A stretch of DNA of 64,000 nucleotides from Mobula hypostoma. Lineage: Eukaryota. The stretch covers positions 223,140,001 to 223,204,000 of the forward strand of contig NC_086097.1 of assembly GCF_963921235.1 (NCBI RefSeq), in the 5' to 3' direction. Positions within the stretch are counted from its first letter, which is position 1. Each line of letters begins with the position of its first letter. The notes beneath the pieces were generated by a model. That model did no database searches. It saw only the letters and a list, made by a program, of their open reading frames with translations, and was not told where the DNA came from. Below are positions 50,660 through 63,815 of the stretch, piece by piece. Both the position numbers and the translations under genes were made by a program.

Positions 50660-51545
50660 CATATTTGGCCTCCACAGCCACTCGTGGCAACAAATTCCAC
50701 AGGTTTACCACCCTCTGACTAAAGTAATTTCTCCACATCTCAGTTCTAAATGGACGTCCTTCAATCCTGAAGTTGTGCCCTCTTGTCCTAGAATCCCTTG
50801 CCATGGGAAATAACTTTACCATATCTCATCTGTTCAGGCCTTTTAACATTCAGAATGTTTCTATGAAGTCCCTCCTCATTCTCCTGAACTCCAGGGAATA
50901 CAGCCCCTAGAGCTACCAGACATTCCTCATGGTAACTTTATTATTCCTGGAATCATTCTCATGAATCTTCTCTGAACCCTCTCCAATGTCAGTATATCCT
51001 TTCTAAAATAAGGAGCCCAAAACTGCACACAATATTCTAAGAGTGGTCTCACGAGTGCCTTATAGAGCCTCAACATTACATCCCTGCTCTTGTATTCTAT
51101 ACCTCTAGAAATGAATGCCAACATTGCATTTGCCGCCTTCACAACATTCAACCTGGAGGTTAACCTTTAGGATATCCTGCACAAGGACTCTAGAGTCCCT
51201 TTGAATTTCTGCATTTTGAATTCTCTCCCCATCTAATTAATAGTCTGCTGGTTTATTTCTTCCACTAAAGTGCATGACCATACACTTTCCAACATTGTAT
51301 TTCATTTGCCACTTTGCCCATTCCCCTGAACTGTCTGTCTCTCTGCAGGCTCTGTTTCCTCAACACTACCTACTTCTACACCTATCCACTAATACCATAG
51401 TCCAAATCATTGACATGCATTGTAAAAAGCAGTGGTCCCAAAACCAACCCCTATTGAACTCCATTGGTAACCGGCAGCCAGCCAGAATAGGATCCCTTTA
51501 TTCCCACTCTGTTTTCTGCCGACCAGCCAATGCTCCACGCTACTG
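50660..51545 (-). mobile_element. CR1 RT 3' fragment
   Basis: LYKALVRPLLEYCVQFWAPY, SRTRGHNFRI. Confidence 0.9.
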
Positions 51546-52094
51546 AACTGGAGGTACAAAAGTATCATTATCAAATCTCTTAATATAGAACTGTTGAGAT
51601 AATGATTCTATTATCTGAATGTTCAGAATATTTTTTGAAATCTGCAGTAATGCTTTGCCTCTCACTTGTCGTAATTTTCTTGCAGATAATTTTGTCCCGA
51701 AATTGATTTACTTTTAAAACCTGCATTTGACTGTTCTCTCTTGTATTGCTATGTTAATGCATTGGTAAAATATTCAGTAGCAACTGAAGGCGTTTTTGTT
51801 AATTGAAATCTGAAATATTGTACATTAACATTTATAGGACCATCTATTATTCTAGGGTGTAGTTATGGCTTAATGTTAAAATACTCTACTGTCAGATGGA
51901 ATGCATGATAGTCCTTTGAAGTTAGTCTACCTTGTGTGGAATTATTTGTCAGAATTCAAAGCATTTCACATACAATAAATTATTGTAAGTGTAGTGGTTT
52001 TTTTGGGAATATCAAGGTCCCGTGAACAACAAAGAGGTGACTGCTGCTTATTCTTTTAAAGATAATTGAGAGGTGAATATTGCCTGACTCATTA

Positions 52095-52938
52095 ATAGAC
52101 AATAGGTGCAAGAGTAGGCCATTTGGCCCTTCGAGCCAGCACCGCCATTCACTGTGATCATGGCTGATCATCCACTATTAGTATCCAGTTCCTGCCTTAT
52201 CCTCTTAACCTTTGATTTCACTATCTTTAAGAGCTCTATCCATCTCTTTTTTGAAAGCATCCAGAGACTTGGCCTTCTGGGGCAGAGCATTCCATATATC
52301 CACCACTCTCTCGGTGAAAAAGTTTTTCCTCAACTCTGTTCTAAATAGCCTACCCCTAATTCTTAAACTGTGGCCTCTGGTTCTGGACTCGCCCATCAGC
52401 GGGAACATGCTTCCTGCCTGCAGCGTGTCCAATCCCTTAATAATCTTATATGTTTCAATAAGATCCCCTCTCAGCCTTCTAAATTCCAGAGTATACAAGC
52501 CCAGTCGCTCCAATCTTTCGACATATGACAGTCCCGCCATCCTGGGAATTAACCTTGTGAACCTACTCTGCACTCCCTCAATAGCAAGAATGTCCTTCCT
52601 CAAATTTGGAGACCAAAACTGCACACATACTCCAGGTGTGGTCTCACCAGGGCCCTGTACAGCTGCAGAAGGACCTCTTTGCTCTATATACTCAATTCCT
52701 CTTGTTATGAAGGCCAGCATGCCATTAGCTTTTTTCACTGCCTGCTGTACTTGCATACTTTGTGACTGATGTACAGGAACAACTAGATCTCGTTGTGCTT
52801 CCCCTTTTCCTAACTTGACTCCATTTAGATAATCTGCCTTTCTGTTCTTACCACCAAAGTGGTATATGTATGTATGTGTGTGTGTGTATGTATATATATA
52901 TATATGTATGTGTGTATATATGTATGTGTGTATATATA

Positions 52939-52981
<43 letters not shown>

Positions 52982-54968
52982 ATATATATATGTGTGTGTG
53001 TGTATATATATGTGTGTGTGTGTGTGTATATATATATATGTGTGTGTGTGTGTATATATATATATGTGTGTGTGTGTGTATATATATATATGTGTGTGTG
53101 TGTGTATATATATATATGTGTGTGTGTATATATATATGTGTGTGTGTATATATATATGTGTGTGTGTGTATATATATGTGTGTGTGTGTATATATATGTG
53201 TGTGTGTGTATATATATGTGTGTGTGTGTGTATATATATGTGTGTGTGTGTATATGTATGTGTGTGTATATGTGTGTGTGTGTGTATATGTATGTGTGTA
53301 TATGTGTATATATATGTATATGTGTATATATATGTATGTATATGTATGTATATGTGTATATATATGTATATGTGTATATATATGTGTGTATATATATATG
53401 TATATATATATGTAAACAGCTGCGGTCCCAGCTCTGAACCCTGCGGTACCCCACTGGTCACCGCCTGCCATTCCAAAAGGAACCTGTTAATCGCTACTCT
53501 TTGTTTTCTGTCAGCCAGCCAATTTTCAATCCATGTCAGTACTCTGCCCCCAATACCATGTGCCCTAATTTTGCCCACTAATCTCCTATGTGGGACTTTA
53601 TCAAAGGCTTTCTGAAAGTCCAGGTACACTACATCCACTGGCTTTCCCTTGTCCATTTTCATAGTTACATCCTCAAAAAATTCCAGAGGATTAGTCGAGC
53701 ACGATTTCCCCTTCGTAAATCCATGCTGACTCGGACCGATCCTGTTACTGCTATCCAGATGTGTTGTAATTTCACCTTTTATAATTGACTCCGTCTTTCC
53801 CACCACTGACGTCAGGCTAACCGGTCTATAATTCCCTGTTTTCTCTCTTCCTCCCTTCTTGAAGAGAGGGACATTAGCCACCCTCCAATCCACAGGAACT
53901 GATCCTGAATCTATAGAACATTGGAAAATGATTACCAATGCGTCCACGATTTCTAAAGCCACCTCCTTAAGTACCCTGGGATGCAGACCATCAGGTCCTG
54001 GGGACTTATCAGCCTCCAGACCCAACAGCCTATCCAACACCATTTCCTGCCTAATATAAATTTCCTTCAATTCATCCATTACCCTAGGTCTTTTAACCAC
54101 TATTACATCTGGGAGATTGTTTGTGTCTTCCCTAGTGAAGACAGATCCAAAGTACCCGTTCAACTCATCTGCCATTTCCTTGTTCCCCATAGTAAATTCA
54201 CCCGCTTCTGTCTTCAAGGGCCCAATTTTGGTCTGAACTTTTTTTCCTTTTCACATACCTAAAGAAGCTTTTACTATACTCCTTTATATTCTTGGCTGGT
54301 TTACCTTCGTACCTCATTTTTTCTCTGCGTATTGCCTTCTTAGTTACCTTCTGTTGCTCTCTAAAAAATTTCCCAATCCTCCAGCTTCCCATTCGTCTTT
54401 TCTATGTTATACTTCTCTTTTATTTTTATACTGTCCATTACTTCCCTTGTCAGCCCCGGCCTCCTCTTACTCCCCTTAGGATCTTTCTTCTTCTTTGGAA
54501 CAAACTGATCCTGCACCTTCTGCATTATTCCCAGAAACACTTGCCATTGCTGTTCCACTGTCATCCCTGCTAGGGTATTGTTCCATTGAACTTTGGCCAG
54601 CTCCTCCCTCATAGCACCATAGTTCCCTTTGTTCAACTGTAATACTGACACTTCCGAGTTTCCCTTCTCCCTCTCAAATTGTAGATTAAAACTTATTATG
54701 GTCACTACCTCCTAATGGCTTCTTTTCCTCGAGGTTCCTGATCAAATCCGGTTCATTGCACAACACTAAATCTAGAATTGCGTTCTCTCTGGTAGGCTGT
54801 AGTACAAGCTGCTCTAAGAATCCATCTCGGAGGGTCTCCACAAACTCCCCTTTCTTGGGGTCCAGCACCAACCTGATTCCTCCAGTCTTACCTGCATGTT
54901 GAAGTCCCCCATAACAACTGTAGCATTACCTTTGCGACATGCCAATTTTAACTCTTGATTCAACTTAC
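52095..54968 (-). mobile_element. CR1 ORF2 (APE C-terminal part plus RT), with the RT core replaced by a microsatellite
   Basis: ILDLVLCNEP...GSDHN, KSPGPDG, GVPQGS, CR1 3' end at about 52095-52170. Confidence 0.93.
52863..53412. repeat. Compound (TA)n(TG)n microsatellite, about 550 bp
   Basis: Seen directly. It is the source of the low-complexity HIY/VCV ORFs. Confidence 0.97.
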
Positions 54969-55109
54969 ATTAATGTGTCAGCATTTAACATTCTACGATA
55001 AAGGTGTAGCTGAAAACTATCACTGAGGTGAAAATTTTGTCTTGCCAAAACAAAGTCTTTGCACCTGCAAGAGTCTGAAATTATTTGAAAGATTGAGTAT
55101 GGTGGAGCT

Positions 55110-57860
55110 AATATTATGAGATGTGTATATTTCAATGCAATGTGTATTGTAGGATGGGTATGGATCAGCACATCGAATTCTGACATATAGACAATAGTGA
55201 GACTTGGTTGCAGGAGGAGCAGGACTGGCAACTCAGTGTTCCAGGGTTTGTTGCTTAGATGTGATATTGTGGGAGGAATTAAGGAGTGGTGGCATTACTA
55301 GTTAGGGAAAATGTCAGGGCTGTGCTCAGACAGGATGGACTGGAAAGCGCATTTACTGAGGCAGTGTTGGTGGATCTGAGAAATAAGACCATAAGGTATA
55401 GGAGCAGAATTAGGCCATTTGGCCCATTGAATCTGCTCTGCCATTTCATCATTGCTGATCCATTTTCCCTCTCGGCCCCAATCTCCCGCCTTCCCCCAAT
55501 TAAGAAAGGGATGGCCATGTTAATAATAGTATATTGTAGATCACCCAACAGTCTGTGGGATTTGGAGAAACGTTTGTAGAGAGATTTCAGCCTGTTGCAA
55601 GAAACCTAACATTTTGATAGGTGATTTTTTTTTTCTACACATTGGCTGTGTCTCTCATTGTAAAAGAGCTGGATGGTAAAGAGTTCGTCCAATAGTCAGG
55701 AAATTTTCCCTAATGGGAACACAAGTCTCAACTACAAGGTAGGTGACCAAAGTTTGTCCAGGATATCTAGTGATCATAATGCCATAAGGTTCAAAATAAT
55801 TGTGAAGGATAAATCTGGTCCTTGGGTTGAGATTCTAAATTGGAGAAAGGCTGAAATTTAATTATATCAAAAGGATCTGCAAGTGTGTATTAGTTCAGGC
55901 TGTTTTCTGGCAAAGGTGTATTTGGTAAGTGGGAGGCCTTGAAAATTGAAACTGAGAGTAAAGTATATTCCTGTCAGAATAGAAGGCAAGGATGACAGGT
56001 TTAGGGAACCTTGGCTTCCAAGAGATATTGAGGAAAAGGTGGTGCATTGCAGGTATAGGCAGGAAGGAACACATAATGTACTTGAAGGGTATAAGAAATG
56101 CAAGAGAACACTTGGAAGGAAATCGAGGTCTAAAAGAAGGTATGGGGTTGCTCTAGCAGATGAGGTGAAGAAGAATCCCAGGGCTTCTACAGATATATTA
56201 GGAGCAAAAAGATAGCAAGGGACAAAATTGGTCCCCTGGTAGATTAGAGTGGTGATCTGTGTGTGGGGCCAAGAGATGGTGGAGATCTTAAATGCAGTTT
56301 TTTTTTCATCTGTATTTACTTGGGAGTTGAACACGGTCTAATGATGAGGCAAAGCAGTAATGAGGACACAGACTGTATGCAGATTACAGAGGAGGCACTT
56401 GCTGTTTGAGGGCAAATTGGGGTGGGTAAATCTCCAGTGCCTGGCAATATATTTGTTTGGAGCTATGGGAGGCTAGTGTAGAAATTACAAGGGAAATTTA
56501 AAACTACTTTAGCCATAGATGATGTACAGGAGAATTGGAGGATAACTAATGTTATGAGAAGGCTGTAAGAATAAGCAAGGAAATTGTAGTCTGAGCCTTA
56601 TATCAGTTGTGGGGAAAGTTATTGGAAGATATTCCAAGGGACCGGGTATATGATTATTTGGATAGACAGGGACTGGTTAAAGATGGCCAGCAGGGCTTTG
56701 TGTGTGGTACAGTTTCTAACCAGTCTTGTAGAGATTTTTGAGGAAGTTGCCGGGAAAGTTGAAGGCAAAACGGTGCACACTGTCTTCATGAACTTGAGCA
56801 AGGCCTTTGAGAAGGTCCTTGCTCAAGTTCAGTTGCTTGGCATCCAAACTGAGGTAGTAAATTGGATTGGCCATTGGCTTTGTGGGAGAAGCCAGAATGA
56901 TGGTTGCCTCTGAGGCCTGTGACTGTTGGAAGTGCTGCAGGGATCAGTACTGGGTCCATTGTTATCCACATCAGTGACCTGGATGGTAAGATGATAAACT
57001 GGCAAATTTGCAGTGGATACCAAACTTGATGTGGACAGTGAGGAAGACTAACAAAACTTGCGGTGGGATTTAAACCAACTGGAAAGATGGACTGAAAAAA
57101 TAGCAGATGGGATTGAATGGAGACAAGTGTGAGGCATTGCACTTTGGGAGGTTTGTATGATGCGCAATAGGGCATTGATTAATCTGGGAATACAGATTCA
57201 TATTTTCTTGATAGTGGTGTCACAGGTAGATAAGGGTGTAAAGAAAATTTTTGGCACATTTGCCTACATAAATCAATGTACAGAATACAGGAATTAGGAT
57301 GTTGTGTTGAAGTTGCATAAAATGTTGGTGAGTCATAATTTGGAGTATTGTGTGCAGTTTTGGTCACCTACAGTACCACAGGAAAGATGTCAATAAGATT
57401 GAAAGAGTGCAGAGAAAATTTACAAAGATATTGCCAGGTCTTGAGGACGTGAGTTCTAGAGAAAGGTTGAACAGGTTAGTACTTCATTCCCTTAAGCACA
57501 GACGAATGAGGGGAGATTTGACAGGTATACAGAATGTGAGCAGTATAGATGAGGTAAATGCAAGCAGGCTTTTTCCACTGAGGTTGGGTAAGACTGGAAC
57601 TGGTGATCATGGGTTAAGTGTGAAAGGTGAAATGTTTAAGGGGGGCATAAGGGGTAACTTCACTCAGGGTGGTGAGAGCTGCCAGTGGAAGTGGTGGATG
57701 TGAGTTCAATTTCAACATTTAAAAGAAATTTTGATAGGTACATGGGTGAGGGGTATGGAAGCTATGGTCCAGATGCAGGTTGATGGGATTAGGCAGATAA
57801 TAGCTCATCATAGGCTAGATGGATCAAAGAACCTGTTTCTTTGCTGTAGTGTTCTCTGAC
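55110..57860 (+). mobile_element. Old degenerate CR1 ORF2 with a small inverted CR1 tail insert (about 55385-55500)
   Basis: GVALLVRE, SDHN, NLSKAFEKV, ERVQRKFTKILPGL remnants. Confidence 0.82.
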
Positions 57861-58518
57861 TAATATTTGTTACTTCAGCCCACAAATATGCAGTGGAAAG
57901 ACCACACTTTCAAATGAGATTTCTGATTGCAGCACTGCAGGTGTACACCAGCTTCAGACAGTACTTCATTCCTGGTGACCAATTTAGCTGCCAGTGGAAA
58001 AGTAATAATTAAACTACCAATGATTTTCAAGTCCAGATAATACAATATTTGTGGTACCAGTAACCAGGGTACTTGAATTTTGTTCATGATGATGACTCAT
58101 GGAGTTTGGGATGCATTGGAATTTCTGGGGAAATTTTATAGTAAACCAGAAGATTCTTGACCTTTTTCAAGACTTTTAGTCATTGAAGTAAAACTGAACT
58201 TTTGCCTGTTTTTATTTGCTTTTAGCAAAAGCTTTTTACTTTTTCCATGGAAGTACTTTTCATAAATTGACAAGTAGCATTTTGGAGTTAAACTTGCAGC
58301 CTTTGTGTTCAAACTTTCTGAAACCTGTGATCTGGCTAGCAAGCAATGTTTTCAACATCATTCCTTTATATTTGGGAGGTTAAATTTTGGGGGGCAAAAC
58401 TTGCTTGGCAGGGCGATCATATCTTGCTATAAATACTCTTTTATGGTGGGGGAAGAGGCCTGCATCATTTCAATTCCTAATCCAGAACCACTGGCAGTAT
58501 TGGTGCTTTATTTTAGAG

Positions 58519-58591
58519 CAGGGATTCCTGCCATGAACCCCTATCATTAACTGGTGGGGGGGGTCCACTAACCCCAGATTGGGAACCCCTG
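58519..58591. mobile_element. 73-bp hAT (Charlie-like) mini-MITE
   Basis: CAGGGATTCC...GGAACCCCTG ends with a perfect 8-bp TSD TTTTAGAG. Confidence 0.85.
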
Positions 58592-59140
58592 TTTTAGAGC
58601 CTCTCCTTTACTCTTCTGAGGAAGCTTTTGCTCTGCATTTTAGATTGTACCGTGTAATTGATTTTTATGAAATGTTTGATCTCAATTGTGTTTTCATTGA
58701 AATCTGACCCTGCTAATTTGGTGCTTTTCATTATAATAGTATGAATTATTTAAAACTAATTGATCTTATTTGCTTTTTTGGTAAATGTCTGATCCAGATT
58801 AGACCAATTGGAGGATTTGTTCAAATCCAACTTGCTGGTATGTAATAGGCTGTTATTAAACTTTGAGTGAATTATTTGCCTATGTACAGTGGAAGAGACA
58901 ATTGGTTTCCTATTTTTTAATTTGGGCTCCTTTTAATCTTTCTACTCTGTACAAGTATCAAGTGGTATCTACCATGTGTGTCCTATAATCATACAGGTTA
59001 ATACTCTGTTCATGTTTAAAAATTTTAATTCAATAATACCTCATTGGAATTTTTTCTGTAATGCACAATTGACAAATTAATTTTGAGGTTAATCTTTGTT
59101 TTCGTTTTATAAGTCCTTTTGATTTTTTTTTATCTTGTAG

Positions 59141-59272
59141 AAAAGAATTTGAGCCCTTTCTTCCACCTTTGAAACCGGAGTACTGTGTGAAAGAAGCTAT
59201 GAGAGCCATACTCACAGACCAACCAATGATTTGTACACCTCGACTAATGTATTCTGTAACATTTATGAAGAG
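59141..59272 (+). CDS. rdh10: RDH10 coding exon (probably exon 5), (R)[43 protein letters not shown](S)
   Basis: Polypyrimidine tract with TGTAG acceptor, AG|GTAAGT donor, 132 bp, phase 2/2 compatible with both neighbours. Confidence 0.97.
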
Positions 59273-59389
59273 GTAAGTGGATAAGGATTTTTAAAAATGG
59301 ATTCCTTCTCCAAAAATGTGCAGGAGCGATGTTTTAAACATTTGGGAGTATATGAAGCAAACATTTCAACAAACAAATTTTGTAGCTTA

Positions 59390-60965
59390 CACACACAACG
59401 CTGCAGGAGCTGGGCAGGTCAGGCAGCATCCATAAAAATGAACAAACAGTTAATGTTTTGTGTTGAGACTCTTTGGGACTGGAAAAGAGGGAAGATGCCA
59501 GAATAAAAGTGTGGGAAGGAGGAAGGAAGATGGCTAGAAGGTGAAGCCAGGTCGGAAGGAAAGGTGAAGCGCTGGAGAGGAAGGAATCTGATCGGAGAGG
59601 AGAAAGGGAAGCAGGAGAGGCAGCAGGGAGAAATGATAGAACTAAGACTCCGGAGTGGGGAAAAGAAGAGGGGAGGGGGAAGGGATTTTTTTTTTTAACT
59701 GGACAGAGAGATTGATATTCATGCCATCAGGTTGGAGGGTTCCCAGGCAGAATATAAAGTGTCGCTCCACCACACTTTATTGGCGGTACTCTTATAGCAC
59801 AAGAAGAGGAGGCCATGTACTGACATGTCTGAATGGGAATTAAAGGGTTTGGCCATTGGGAAGCTCCACTTTTGGCAGATGGAGCGGTGGTGCTCAACAA
59901 AGCAGTCCTACTAATGTAGAGGAGGCTGCATCGGGAGCACCGGACAGCGGATACACAGGTGAAATGTTGCCTCGCCTGGAAGGACTGATTGGGGTGCCGA
60001 ATGGGGTAAGGGAAGAGATGAATGGGCAGGTATAGTACTTTGGCTGCTTGCAGGGATACGTGCCAGGAGGGAGATTAGTGGGGAGGGAAAAATGGACAAG
60101 GGAGTCATGAAGGGCGTGTTCTCTGGAGAGAAGGGGAGGTAAAGGTGTGTGTGGTGGTAGGATACCTTTAAGAGATGAGGGAAGCTGCAGAGTATGACGT
60201 GTTGGATGTGGAGAGTTATGGAATGGCAGGTAAGAACAAGAGGAACTTTATCACTGTTAAAGTGGCAGGAAGATGGAATGAGTGCAGATAATCAGGAAAT
60301 GGAGAAGCAGGTGAAGGCAGCATCAATGGTGGAGGAAGAGAAACCTTTTTGAAAGCAGACAGACATCTGTTCTGGAAAGGAAAGCCTCATCCTGGGAACA
60401 GATGTGCTGGAGATGAAGGAACTGAGAAAAGTCAAGATAGCCAAGGGAATAGGTAGTTTTATTTAAAAAAAAACAGTTGGTTAAGTTTGTCTCCAGAGAT
60501 GGAAATGGGAGAGAGATGTCCGAAATGGACCAAGTGAATTTAAGGGCAGGGAGGATGGAGGCAAAGTTGGTGAAATTGATGAGCTCAGCATGGGTGCATA
60601 AAGCAGCATCAATGCAGTCATCAAGAGAGTGCAGGAAGAGTTGGGGAGCTTTACCGGAGAATGCTTGCAACATGGACTATTCTACATAGCCATTGAAAAG
60701 GCAGGCATAGTTAGGGCCCATGCAAGTGCCTGTGGCTACCCCTCGAGTCTGGAGAAAGTGAGAGCAGCCAAACGGGGTGAGGGCCAGTTCTGCCAGAAGA
60801 AGAGTAGTGGTGGAAGGGAAATGGTTTGTTCTTCTCTTGAGAAAAGTGGAGAGCTTTGAGACCACCTTGAGGGATAGAAGTGTATATATACTAGACATCC
60901 ATGGTGAAAATGAGGCAGGCAGGGCCAGGGAATTAAAACTTAGTGAGGAGATAGAGAACATGAGA
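59390..60965 (-). mobile_element. Penelope-like element fragment including RT
   Basis: FLQTRGVATGTCMGPNYACLFNGYVE, LDDCI, LKFTWSISD are Penelope RT signatures. GIY-YIG remnant and 3' repeat lie toward 59390. Confidence 0.85.
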
Positions 60966-61924
60966 AATATAGTGGATGTAGGTTTGAATTGATAATTAAA
61001 ATGCAATTGCCTTTTGGGGGCCGATTAGTTAGGATTTTCTCCCCTTCCCAGGTTTGATGAGGGACCTTCTGATCTGAAACTTTAACAGCTTTTTCTACAT
61101 GGATACTACCTAATCTGTTTAATATTTCTGGTGTCTGCAGGTTTTGTCATTATTTAAAGGCTTGTTTCATTAGAGAGTACCAACAGGGGCTTGAGTTGTT
61201 GATTCACATTGTTTAAATTATTTGAATGGCAAAGTAGATTCTTCAAAAACTACCATACATTTTCCTAAGTGACCTCATTGCTAGCAGTGGGAATTGGTAA
61301 GAGGGAGCAAAGTGCAATTCTTAGAAATTGCATCCAAGTTGCCTTGCTAGATAATTTTACAATTAATGTTCATCTATAATGGACCAATCAACTTTAAAGT
61401 GTGTATCCCACCTCTGAAAATCAACTTTGCATCTTGTATGTTAGCAGAGGTTGTCTTTGCATTATGTGGAGTCTCTGTAGATTCTCAAATTTCAGGTCTG
61501 ATTAATCTTCAATGTACTGTATTCCTTTGAGCATTCTACCTGAACCTCATTCCATTATGCAACATGTTAAGAAATGCTGCCTTTTTGAACTTGGCATAAA
61601 TTTTTGTCCACTTTTGTTCAGCTGATCCTCATTAATATCTTATAGATGTAAATGCATCAAGAGCAAGTTTGGATTGTGGCGCAAAGACCCTTTTTGAAAG
61701 GGCTATCATCTTCCTTGTGCTGCAAATGACAGATTGTCTTTTGATTCAGTTGATCTACCTCTCCGATTGCAGCTTGTACTTTTGCTGTCCACAAACAATC
61801 CCGGGGATTCTTGAGTGCTCTAAACTTGCCACTGTCTTCTGAATATTATGGACTAGGTCTTGGAAAAACCTGGCAAAACTTCAGTCTTTACTATGCTGTT
61901 TGTTTAGTTTTAAAATTTCTTTTT

Positions 61925-62189
61925 ACTTAGCAGCATTGCGTGCAGGTCCTTCTGGCCCTTCAAGCCATGCTGTCCCAGCAACTCCCAACAAACCTTATTG
62001 TCGCATGCTTAGGTTGGGATTAACTTATAGTGACCGATTAACCTACCTGATGTGTCAGGACACCCAGAGAAGACCCACACATTCCACATGGAGAGCTCCT
62101 TTCACTGCGGCACTGGAATTGAACTCTAAACTACAGAATGCACCGAGCTGTAATAGTATTGTGCTAGCTGCTCGGCTATCATGATGCCC
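61925..62189 (-). mobile_element. tRNA-derived SINE
   Basis: Minus-strand head GGGCATCATGATAGCCGAGCAG (A-box-like) and GAGTTCAATTCC (B-box). 3' part resembles a CR1-like tail. Confidence 0.6.
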
Positions 62190-62598
62190 ATTCATAAGGC
62201 ACAAGTGAAGGAAGCTGATAATTCTCTTGAACGTTGACGGTTTTACTACTTGTTCTAGACCACTCTGATTTATGGTAATCTATCTTTTATTGTACTTTTG
62301 ATTCTGTTTTTGCACCTTCTGCCCTTTTTTGTTTTTTGTATCTGAATGTATTTGTATTTAATCCAGTATTTTTATATTGTTTTCCTCTTTAATTAATCCT
62401 TCCAGAATCATACCATCTGGACAGGTGCTCAAAGTTTTCAAAAGGAAGTTTTTTTTTTTAAAAAAAAAGCCTATACCTAGATGGTGGCACTTGTATCTAA
62501 ACACTTTTGTACCAGACTTTGATTTACAGATTATCTGAAATGTTAAATGGAGAAATGTTGCTGCTTTGGTAATAAAAATGTGTTTGTTTCCATTTCAG

Positions 62599-62722
62599 CA
62601 TTATGCCATGGGAAGCAGTCGTATGCATGTACCGTTTTTTGGGTGCAGACAAGTGCATGTATCCATTTATTGCGGAGAGGAAACAGGCTTTGAACAACAA
62701 TGAGGCCAAAAACGAAATCTAA
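62599..62722 (+). CDS. rdh10: RDH10 last coding exon, (S)[40 protein letters not shown]
   Basis: TTTCAG acceptor, 124 coding bp ending in TAA at 62720-62722. The C-terminus is characteristic of RDH10. Confidence 0.96.
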
Positions 62723-63560
62723 AGCAAAACTGATCACTGCATCCATTGGGACCCCTTCCAAGTGAATGCAATATTTAGCTTACCATCTCCACACAACTCA
62801 GAATGACAAACATTTGCAGTGATTGGTTGGTTGAACTTAATGCAAATGGCTGTGAAACTTCAGCTTCCATGATCACTGTGGATAAAATGGTTACTGTACC
62901 TGTGTATTAAATCAAAATAAATGTATTATGCATTATGCCAATCTTTTTAACTTTTCTAGTGATTAGACTTGTACATGTTAATGTCAACTGAGAAAAGCAA
63001 GGTTTTGATAATTTTAACATTTTACCTTACTCATCAATGCCATTGTGTTTGTTGATAGAGCTGTATTGTACATTGTGTTGAACTAGAGATTGGATTAAAA
63101 AATACTTTAGAATATTCCACTTATAACTTTTTAAATAGTAAATGCACTGTACTTATTGACAACTTGGTTCATCTAAGTACTTCTGTAAATCCTTGATTAT
63201 ACCAATTATAACATTATTACTTGTAAAGCATTGCAAATATCTCCCAATTAATCTTGCAGAACAAATGTGCTCCTGTTCAGCACTAGGAACACTTTTTTAG
63301 GAAAATCTTATTGGTGTGCCTTTTTAAATCCAGTTTAATTATTGTCCTAATTTCTGTGGATTAGTGGTCCATTTTTTTAAAGACCTGAAATTTCTACCTC
63401 CTTTGTATATCTATTTGTAGAACGCCTAAAATAATGTCTTTGTGAATCTTGTGTCACTACTTTTATATGAAGACCAATGTCTGTAGTTTTTTTGGTAATG
63501 TAGCTAATTGTAAAAGTTTTTAATTAAAATGTGATTATTAGATGCATAAATATTGAAATT
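62723..63560 (+). other. rdh10: rdh10 3'UTR (end uncertain), with candidate poly(A) signals AATAAA 62916-62921 and ATTAAA 63523-63528
   Basis: Repeat-free AU-rich sequence after the stop codon. Hexamers seen directly, with GU/U-rich sequence after the distal one. Confidence 0.6.
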
Positions 63561-63815
63561 TTGTGGTGCTTGATAATTGAGAAATTGAGTCTCATGATCA
63601 ATACACATCAGTTGGGTGATGTACGGCTTCATTAGTTGGTTATCTTTCCCTCATCTTCAACGAAATGGTTCTTAAAAGAACTTTGGTGCCCAAATACCCA
63701 GGGACCTTGTCTATGAAATCAGACATCCTAAAATCCAACACACCTTGGAAGAACTTGAAGTGTCCGAATTTTCCTTTTTTTTAAAAAAAAAGGACTTGTG
63801 AATGAGTTACAAACA

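Noticed and set aside
52825..53615. Long His/Ile/Tyr/Thr- and Val/Cys-rich ORFs
   Set aside because: They are translations of the (TA)n(TG)n microsatellite, not genes.
62570..62576. AATAAA just upstream of the last exon
   Set aside because: It lies in the intron next to the branch/polypyrimidine region, with no support for use as a poly(A) signal.
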